Below are positions 53,201 through 64,000 of a DNA stretch of 64,000 nucleotides, one piece after another; position 1 is the first letter of the stretch; every line of letters begins with the position of its first letter. The notes below the pieces were generated by a model, which made no database searches, had not been told where the DNA came from, and was given only the letters and a program-made list of their open reading frames with translations. Position numbers and translations under genes: made by a program. Source of the stretch: Eledone cirrhosa (Eukaryota); assembly GCA_964016885.1 (NCBI GenBank), contig OZ024758.1, positions 3,720,001-3,784,000 of the forward strand, in the 5' to 3' direction.

Positions 53201-53360
53201 GCATGATTGAAGGCTGAGAGAAAAGAGGGCTCAATACTGAAATAGAGTTAGAATATTCATTTTATAAAGGAGTTCTTGCCTGATGAACCTGTGATAAAGG
53301 GCAGACACTCCAAAGTAACAGGGTAACAAAATTCACTATTTAGCCTTATAAAATGAATAT
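53079..53360. mobile_element. Foldback element family I: perfect 66-bp IR around (TA)n plus a decayed hammerhead at 53270-53334 (+)
   Basis: 53079-53144 is the exact reverse complement of 53195-53260; GAGUUCUUGC-CUGAUGA-...-GACACUC...GGGUA|ACAAAAUUC. Confidence 0.8.
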
Positions 53361-53647
53361 ATATATCTATACACGTGTGTGTTTATATATATATATATAT
53401 ATATTTGTGTTTGTGTGTTTCTATGTATATAAATATGGATAGATAGATCTAACGATGAATAGATAGCAATGTATGTATATTATCTAAATATATATTTAGG
53501 AGCCTGGGGTGAAAACGAGAGGGGAGAAACGAAGAAAGAGAATTAACATGTTTGTGTATATAAGTATTAAGTGTGAGTTAGTGTTGGGTATAGAATGTGT
53601 AAATACAAGTTTGTGTGTGTATTGCAAGGTATATATGTGTATATAGT

Positions 53648-53692
<45 letters not shown>

Positions 53693-53696
<4 letters not shown>

Positions 53697-53885
53697 AAAG
53701 GAAATGTGGTAAGGAACCAGATGGACCATAACGCACCAGAGTACTCAATAATTAAAGTAGTAGAGTTGGAAATAGGAAAAAGTATGACCCCAACGGGAGA
53801 GCTCAAGCCGTTTCTGGACTCAAATAGTCCAGAGATAGCCGTCGAAACGGCTTGAGCTCTGCCGTCGGGGTCATACTTTTTCCTA
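53693..53885 (-). mobile_element. Foldback element family D
   Basis: AAGGAAATGTGGTAAGGAACC end shared with 21959 and 62767; hairpin about 53772-53885 with GAAACGGCTTGAGCTCTGCCGTC. Confidence 0.88.
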
Positions 53886-54447
53886 TATATATATATATAA
53901 GTACGTTTGTTTTAAAATGTTATAGAATAGAAATATAGTTAGAATTAATAAAGGTTTAGAAAGTAAGTCAGGATTGAACGATGCGAGGAACGAAAGACAA
54001 AAGTAAAAAGACTGATGGAGAGAAATGGTAAAATATAAGGAACAGAGATGTAGGGAAGTTGACAAAGAGGTAAGGGCGAGCAAGTATGAGAGATATTACT
54101 GTCAGGGAGTTATAGGTTATAAAGAAAGGGGTGTGTATGTGTGTGTGTGTGTCAGATCTATCCCTGCATTCACAATCAACAACCGAGCCAACAGGAGGGA
54201 CCTCCACACGGTTGCCCTATTTTCTAGAAAGAGCAGCTAAATCTGCTTTAAACCAAGTCCAACTATAGATCAGTGTATATTAGATAGTGTAGTCTGAGAT
54301 TCTTTAATTATTTAAACCTTCTTCTGGTTTCACTCGACAGATTACGGCCATGCTGGGGCACCGGTTTGGAAGGATTTACTTCATACAGACACCAAAAGTC
54401 ATATTTTCAAATCTGGTACTTTCTCATTGAGATGATATTGTTTACCC

Positions 54448-54486
<39 letters not shown>

Positions 54487-54492
54487 TATATA

Positions 54493-54539
<47 letters not shown>

Positions 54540-54576
54540 ATATTCATATATATATATATTTATATTTATATATATA

Positions 54577-54615
<39 letters not shown>

Positions 54616-54670
54616 TCATATATATATATATATATTCATATATATATATTTATATATATATTTATATATA

Positions 54671-54740
<70 letters not shown>

Positions 54741-54804
54741 TATATATATATATTTATATATATATATTTATTTATATATATATATTTATATATATATATT
54801 TATT

Positions 54805-54840
<36 letters not shown>

Positions 54841-54895
54841 TATTTATATATATATATATATTTATATATATTTATATATATATATATATATTTAT

Positions 54896-55131
54896 ATATT
54901 GTTATACTTTGGGAGGGTCATGTTGCCAATAAGAAACACACGCACCAGTTGCTTTCACTTCAATTTAATTTATTAAATATTTATAAATTTACAAATTTAT
55001 AAATTTCTGGTTGGTTGGTTGGTTCCACAACCAGATAGTTGTTTATATATATATAGTCATAGTTCTTTCGTCACACACTCTGTGACCTCTTCAGTGACTG
55101 GCAACATGACCCTCCCAAAGTATAACAATAT
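54896..55131 (-). mobile_element. Family E element with a complete hammerhead and an about 33-bp terminal inverted repeat
   Basis: ATATTGTTATACTTTGGGAGGGTCATGTTGCCA ... TGGCAACATGACCCTCCCAAAGTATAACAATAT; embedded in TA/TTTA arrays. Confidence 0.9.
55055..55099 (-). ncRNA. Minimal type I hammerhead ribozyme (family E)
   Basis: AGUCA-CUGAAGA-G-GUCACA(GAGUG)UGUGAC-GAAA-GAACUA|UGACU; 5-bp stem I, 6-bp stem II, 2-bp stem III, CUA site between 55060 and 55059. Confidence 0.85.
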
Positions 55132-55214
55132 CGGTTTCAACACACGATTTCAGATAAAGAATCTTGCTAAACAAATTCAGAAACGAAATATATTTATATA
55201 TATATATATTTATT

Positions 55215-55267
<53 letters not shown>

Positions 55268-55274
55268 ATTTATT

Positions 55275-55307
<33 letters not shown>

Positions 55308-55354
55308 ATTTACATATATATTTATATATATATATATTTATATATATATATATT

Positions 55355-55409
<55 letters not shown>

Positions 55410-55560
55410 ATATATTTATATATATTTGTATATATATATATATATTTATATATATTTATTTATATATATATTTATTTATATATATATATATATATTTATA
55501 TATATTTATATATATATATTTATATATATTTATATATATTTATTTATATATATATATATT

Positions 55561-55633
<73 letters not shown>

Positions 55634-55729
55634 ATTTATATATATAAATTAGTCTATAAAATTGTTTTGCAAGGTTTTTGATCGAAAAAAACCAAAATTG
55701 TTTTATATATATATATATATATATATTGT

Positions 55730-55760
<31 letters not shown>

Positions 55761-55761
55761 T

Positions 55762-55814
<53 letters not shown>

Positions 55815-56192
55815 AATGAATAAAAACAAATGCGATGGTCACAACGGGAAAGCCTTTCATTACGGTGTTGCTGGATCAGGCCTGACTTGGGTGTAAACAA
55901 CTACGAACATCCTTCAATAAAATTTGATTTAGTAGAAATGTTAACCTGTTATTTCTCACGATACATACATACAGGCACACACATAAACACACATACACAA
56001 ACATATATATATATATATGTGTGTGTGTGTCTGTGTATGTACGTGCAAGTGTGTGTGTGTATACGTTTGTCTGTGTGCGTGAGCATACGCCTCAATATGC
56101 TTTTATATGAATGCAGTAAAGTATTTCCTTATCTAATCACATGTGAATGTCCATTGGATCTATCTATCCCCCCTCTCTATCTGTATTATGAA

Positions 56193-56275
<83 letters not shown>

Positions 56276-56409
56276 ATATGTATACACACATATATAGTTG
56301 TGTGTGCGAGTGATACTGTATGTGTCTGTACAATAGAAAGTGAAAATGAACATGTGCGTGTATAGCCCGTAATATTCGTTTCAACAAGGTTGAGTTAGAA
56401 ACAGTTATT

Positions 56410-56472
<63 letters not shown>

Positions 56473-56659
56473 CACATCATCTATCTATCCATCTGTACAA
56501 TGTATATATATACACACACAGATATATATATATATATACAAACATATATATATATATATTTATATATATATATATATATATATATTTACACACACACATA
56601 TATATATTTATATATATATATATATTTACACACACATATATATATATATATATATATTT

Positions 56660-56722
<63 letters not shown>

Positions 56723-56845
56723 CACACATATACACACATATATATATATATATATATACATATACACACATATATATATATATATATATACATATACACG
56801 CATATATATATATATATACATATACACACATATATATATACATAT

Positions 56846-56898
<53 letters not shown>

Positions 56899-56983
56899 TA
56901 TGTATATGTATATATATATATACATATACACATATATATATATACATATACACATATACACATATATATATATACATATACAC

Positions 56984-57016
<33 letters not shown>

Positions 57017-57085
57017 TATATATATATATATATAAATATATATATATACACATATATATATATATATACATATACACATATATAT

Positions 57086-57134
<49 letters not shown>

Positions 57135-57163
57135 TATATATATATACATATACACATATATAT

Positions 57164-57216
<53 letters not shown>

Positions 57217-57263
57217 CACATATATATATATATATATACATATACACATATATATATACATAT

Positions 57264-57311
<48 letters not shown>

Positions 57312-57325
57312 ACATATACATATAC

Positions 57326-57413
<88 letters not shown>

Positions 57414-57509
57414 ATACATATACATATACATATACATATATATATATATATATACATATACACATATATATATATATATACATACATATACACATATATA
57501 TATATACAT

Positions 57510-57540
<31 letters not shown>

Positions 57541-57616
57541 CATATACACACATATATATATATATACATATACATATACACACATATATATATATATACA
57601 TATACATATACACACA

Positions 57617-57700
<84 letters not shown>

Positions 57701-57770
57701 CATATACATATATATATATATATATATATACATTGTATATGTATATATATGTGTGTGTGTGTGTGTGTAT
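56410..57770. repeat. Compound (TA)n/(CATA) microsatellite
   Basis: Direct reading. Confidence 0.98.
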
Positions 57771-58875
57771 ATATACATATTGGAGTGCATATAAATGTTA
57801 CACATACGGTGCTCCTACTGACAAACTAATATAGTACTCAAGGTGGTGGTAGATTACATATTTAGTAAGCTGCGTTATAGTTTCAGATCCTTCAAGTGTT
57901 ATGACCTGTCCCTGGATATTTCAGATCGATCTCTCTGATCGAAGAAATCCCCTCTTGATCTTTTGATGTTTCGACATGATCTCAATTTTAGTTTACATTA
58001 TTATTATTATTATTATTTTTTTTTTTTTTTTTTTTTGATAATTATACACTTACCCAAATTCACACACACACATGCGTATATATATACATTCGCACGCTCG
58101 CAAACACACATACGCTCACACATACACAACACACATACACGCTCACATACACACACACACACACGCTTATAAACACACTTACACGCTCACACATACACAA
58201 CGCACACATGCGCTCACACACACACACACACGCTTACAAACACACATACACGCTCACACACACACACACACGCTTACAAACACACAAACGCTCACACATA
58301 CACAACGTACACAGGTGCTCACACACGCTCACAAACACATGCTCTCTCACACAAACACACACACACAAACATGCAATATAATATAATATATAGCAAGGGT
58401 AAGGAGAGAAAGAAGGTGTCAATGGTGTAGAGAGCGTTAGAGGAATATTTTACGTGAGACAGTCTATACGTGTCTGCACGCTTATTCCAGTCTACCTTCT
58501 CATTCTTCCAATTATTATATTTCAAGTATGCACGCAACGATGCAGAGTTGCATGCATGCATGCTTAAGTGTGTATGTTATTTGTGTTTGTGTTTCAAAAA
58601 GGTTTTTTTCGTATTTATATTGCTTAAATGAGGAAGGGCTGGATGTCCAATATGCGTAATTATATAAGGCATTAAAAGCAGAAATATATGACAATTAGCA
58701 TTACAATAAATACATTTAAAGCTACATTTATAGCTGTGCCGTTATGTGACCTTCGTTGCACTCACATTGATCAAGGTTCGGTCTCTTTTCACGGCACTAT
58801 ATTATTGCCTTCTAATAGAGACTGGACAGTATCTTCTGCATTGAATCTGGGGCAATGAAACTACAGAATCCCGTA

Positions 58876-58914
<39 letters not shown>

Positions 58915-59067
58915 CTTATACATATTACAGAAGGGTCGACCAAATATCTTTCCCTAGGATGTACACAAACTCAAGCAATTTAAACGTAAGAAGCCTGACT
59001 AAAATCCCTGACCACAAAACAGTCCGTAAATTGAAAAAGATATATATATATATATGCATATATGTAC

Positions 59068-59251
59068 CTTCTTCTTTGCCAGCGCCGGCCTTCTCCAATT
59101 GTTCGAGCTGGATCGCGCCATGCGTGACCAGCCAAACTTATGGATGATATCCAAATATCTTGCTCCAATTTTACCTCTGGGTCTCGTTTTCCCCGTAAAA
59201 TCTGTCCAGCTATTCTTTCCTGAGACATCCTAACCACATGCCCGTCATACG
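59068..59251 (-). pseudogene. RTE-like LINE 3' fragment
   Basis: GHVVRMSQERIAGQILRGKR resembles the RTE ORF2 C-terminal GHVxRMxxxR motif; (GAA)n tail. Confidence 0.65.
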
Positions 59252-59293
<42 letters not shown>

Positions 59294-59341
59294 GGCACAC
59301 ATACATATGTCTATATGTACATATGTTTTTGTGTTTGTATG

Positions 59342-59571
59342 ACAGCTCACACTTATGCAGGTTTAGCTGGCCTCCTCCAAGGTATAACTCGTTGGAGGTG
59401 TCTTGAGTGATTTAATGATAGGGACCTCAGTCCTATCATCTCATTTCTACAGCTGAGTAAACTGGAGCAACGTGAAATAAAGTGTCTTGGTCAAGGAAAC
59501 ATCACATCACTCTGTCCGAGAATTGAACTCACAACCTTTCGATTGCTTTAACCACTAAGCCATGCGCCTTC
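59342..59571 (-). mobile_element. Family B SINE, tail type 1
   Basis: Closely matches 15637-15876. Confidence 0.9.
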
Positions 59572-60053
59572 GTGTGTGTTTGGCTAAGCGCATAACGTCG
59601 AATCGGCAGAAATGTTATTGATGACATAAGTACCAGAGATGGAGTAAATAAGCTTAGGCGCACTTTAATGACAGATACCTATAAACCAAAAAGCAAAAAT
59701 AAATACATAATATAATGCAACACGAGAGTAAAACCTTAGAATAGGGATCGATGATGAAAGTGGAGCCCCGCTCCCTCAATATATTTCTATAACCTATCCA
59801 AGAACGAAGTTAACGTTTGTAGTATACCTTTCATTGAATATATCCCTCATGGGTTAGATTTAAAACCACAAAAAATAAAACGAAGCATACATTAGACTCA
59901 TTTATAAAACTTAACTTTTAAGCCCCTTTCCTAAACATAGGCACACACACAAAGAGAAATCGATATATGTATTGCTATCTATCTCACTATCTCTGTATAT
60001 CTCAGTCTTCCCCTCTCTCCCTCTCTCTCTCACTCTCTCTGTCTATATATATA

Positions 60054-60092
<39 letters not shown>

Positions 60093-60799
60093 ATGTATAT
60101 ATATATATATATATCTATCGATATATATATATATATGTATGTATATGTATATATATATATCTCTATCGATATATATTTATATATATATATATGTATGTAT
60201 ATGTATATATATATATCTCTATCGATATATATATATATATATATGTATGTATATGTATATATATCTATCGATATATATATATATATATACACACACATAT
60301 ATCAGTAAATGTGTGCATGATAGGAAAATAAGATACATATATAGCTATTATACAATGGTAGGACTTGTGGCAGAATCAACAGAGCGTCGAACAATTTGAT
60401 TATCGATATTTCATTACGTTCTTTTGGTATATATGTTCAAATAGAAGCTTGGTCAATATACTTTCTGTTATGCACGAGCAGACAAAATATGAACCGATAG
60501 AGTGAACATCTCCTACTGAAAATATCTTGTGGTTTGGGGCACATCTGAAAATATATATTATTAACACACTTTATAAGGAAAGTCTAACATCATTAGAAAT
60601 AAAGATTTATTCCTTCTGAACTTCATATAGTCTAATGGGACATTAAATATGCAACAATCTGTCTATATATTTGCATTTTATATGAGTATCTAAATATGCA
60701 TCGAAGTACATAGAGATATATTATATGCATTTATGTATTCAAAAATTTAACAAAAATATTTTGTTGTGGAATAAACAAATTTATTAACATTTTATGAAT

Positions 60800-60816
60800 G
60801 TATATATATATATATA

Positions 60817-60907
<91 letters not shown>

Positions 60908-61267
60908 TATATATATATAGTATATGTATATATATAGTATATATATAGTATAAATATATATGTATAGTATAAATATATATATATTTAGTCTTCGAATTTA
61001 TTATTATTACTATATATATAGTATATATATGTATAGTATAAATATATATATGTATAGTATAAATATATATATGTATAGTATAAATATATATATGTATAGT
61101 ATAAATATATATATGTATAGTATAAATATATATATATGCATAGTATAAATATATATATATGTATAGTATAAATATATATATGTATAGTATAAATATATAT
61201 ATGCATAGTATAAATATATATATGTATAGTATAAATATATATATATATATATATGTGTGTGTATACA

Positions 61268-61309
<42 letters not shown>

Positions 61310-61314
61310 ATACA

Positions 61315-61382
<68 letters not shown>

Positions 61383-61455
61383 ATACAGTATATATATATA
61401 TATCTATATATATATGTGTGTGTGTGAATACAGTATATATATGTGTGTGTATACA

Positions 61456-61517
<62 letters not shown>

Positions 61518-61521
61518 ACAG

Positions 61522-61556
<35 letters not shown>

Positions 61557-61559
61557 ACA

Positions 61560-61625
<66 letters not shown>
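60800..61625. repeat. (TA)n with about 21-bp TGTATAGTATAAATATATATA units and GTGTATACAGTA units
   Basis: Direct reading. Confidence 0.93.
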
Positions 61626-61627
<2 letters not shown>

Positions 61628-61948
61628 GAAAATGAAATTATTTCAGTCATATACAGGCTAAAAACTGTTGAGTTTCATGTATAGAAATTATATTGGGTCG
61701 TCAAATATGAAATTTGTAGAAGAAAAATATATGACCATATACCTCTCCACAAATTTCATACTTGATTACCCAATAGTCAGGTATGATTATTTGGACTTTA
61801 TTAAACTTATGCATTGCAAGCAAAAGTACATTAAAAAAAAAACCTATATACCTTTACTTACAGATATTTGCTTATACCGTTCGGTTTCATTTAACAAATA
61901 TATATATATATATATATATGTGTATGTCTATGTATCTCTCTATGTATG

Positions 61949-62109
<161 letters not shown>

Positions 62110-62143
62110 AACAAAAGATAGTTACTTTAGATCATCTCTCTTT

Positions 62144-62218
62144 ATTTCATTATATATATTTCGAAGATGCAAGGCTTATATACAGCATTATCCAAATCAT
62201 GTTCTCGTCAGACAAAAT
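62144..62218 (-). ncRNA. Minimal type I hammerhead ribozyme with a long stem II insert
   Basis: AUUUUGU-CUGACGA-GAA(...)UUC-GAAA-UAUAUAU-A|AUGAAAU; 7-bp stem I (two G-U pairs), palindromic AUAUAUAU stem III; lies between two (TA)n tracts. Confidence 0.7.
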
Positions 62219-62289
62219 GCATAGAAGATGCAGTTTTCTTTTGAGATACTGGCGGTCAAACGAGCTGGACAGATCGGTGACAACCAAGC

Positions 62290-62320
<31 letters not shown>

Positions 62321-62766
62321 CTGGTTTCGTTAGGATTAGCTCTGAGATATGAAAATTGGCCAATGCAGGTAATATATATGACATGATCACATGACATCCT
62401 CTGTGTGACACAAGGTTTGTCTAGGAAGTGATAATGTGAGCATGTGCTATAATATTTATATATATTTACCTATATGTATATCTGTCTAACTTCCTTTTTT
62501 AAATATATGTTTGTCTGACAATCAAAATGTATCTCGAGTTGAAATGGGAGTAACACAAGTATATATATATTTATATATACGTACATATATACATGATGCA
62601 ATCCACCTACTGTTCTACTACGGCCACTTTTTAGAACAAAAACTAGAAAATGATTCTCAAACACATTTATACCTATTTCTAATCAATATATCCACGATAT
62701 ATATATATACCTATATGATTCTATAATACTATGTAATAACTTAAAGCAATATATATATATGTATGA

Positions 62767-62891
62767 CGAAGGAAATGTGATAAGGAACCAGATGGACCAT
62801 AATGCACCAAAGTACTCAATACTTAGGGTAATAGAGGTCCAGAATTAGCCGTTGAAACGACTGGAGCTCAGCCGTCGGGGTCCTACTCGTT

Positions 62892-62895
<4 letters not shown>
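62767..62895. mobile_element. Family D element, internally deleted (inverted distal end joined to the hammerhead 3' half)
   Basis: Matches 21961-22030, then 22104-22163. Confidence 0.88.
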
Positions 62896-62948
<53 letters not shown>

Positions 62949-64000
62949 CTTTATATTGGCTAATAAGTGTAGTATTGCCTTTGCAAAGTATATCGAGGAG
63001 TTTGAAATGCCGACCAAGAGAATCTTCGAAGTAACTCATTTAATTCGTTTAAAATGTCGAAACCTTTATTTAGATTTGTCTGTTTTCTATATAACCTAAA
63101 TGTAACACATCTATGTGTGTGTATATATATATATACATATATATGTGTGTGTGTGTGGTGTGCTTGTGTGTGTGCTTGTGCGTGTGTAAATCTGTTGCAT
63201 TTGTGTGGGTGTGCGTGCGTGAATCTTGCATTTGTGTGTAGGCTTAATACTTGTAAAACCTCGGCCAGAACTGTAAAGTATGTATATCCACAGGCATAAT
63301 ATTTCCTCCTAAGACTAGTATTAGCTGCATAGCTTATGCAACAAGGGTGTAGTTTACGGGTCTGATTGAAGTACTAGAAACAGCAGCAACATCCTAAGCA
63401 AATTCTTTCCTATGGTCTTAAACATAGTAGAAAGTCTTTGTGGGTTTTTTTTTCTTCTTAACAAGAGGAATCGGTGGTGCGAAGGATCCCCTTTTCTTGA
63501 CCCCCAATGCTGGTGCTGAGAAGGGAAAATATATCTTTAAATTGGGGTCCTTGCCGAAATGCTTGCAACGGAGTGGATGCCACAAAGGGTTGTCAATTTT
63601 TAATTGATACGGTTAAAACATATTCCCGATTAAGTCTTCCTCTCAAGAAGACCATTGCTGGATTTGAACTTCGAAGATAAGAGCCAGATCAAATATAATC
63701 TGTCTTTACTTTTGTTCAAAGTGGGAGGGTGTTCAGCAGTGGAATGTCCTGCACGAAGATTAACAATAATAACACAAGGAATAAGAAAAGCACGAGCAGT
63801 ATATTAGAGCAAATATATAGCAAGTACTTTAGAAGCAAATAATAATTACAAGGATATCGCTGATAATGATGATTTAATATATTGAGATATAGCCAAGTAA
63901 TTTGTTTATATTAATCTGTTGTACATAACAGACGCTCTTTTCTTCCTCGCCGAAGTGTAAAGTTTTAAGTTCTATTTCGATTATGGCGAGAATTGTACTC

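Overview
AT-rich, repeat-saturated animal DNA (intronic or intergenic). The SINE repertoire and microsatellite load suggest an octopod cephalopod, which is inference only. No intact protein-coding gene can be supported: almost all listed ORFs are translations of (TA)n/(CA)n/(GA)n or trinucleotide repeats. The window holds about 20 copies of a tRNA-derived SINE (family A), a second tRNA-SINE head with two alternative tails (family B), RTE-clade LINE fragments, hAT- and mariner-type MITEs, minisatellites, one decayed Penelope-like (PLE) reverse transcriptase, and a 200-N gap. The main signal is a set of at least six sequence-unrelated families of short (about 130-330 bp) non-coding elements. They sit in or next to (TA)n tracts, carry minimal type I hammerhead ribozymes (CUGANGA...GAAA...NUH, short and often palindromic stem III), and are mostly folded back on themselves. 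In several copies the inversion junction falls at a ribozyme landmark (stem I edge, core or cleavage site). They look like microsatellite-targeted, non-autonomous PLE derivatives (retrozyme-like). All structures were read by eye; nothing was searched or folded computationally.
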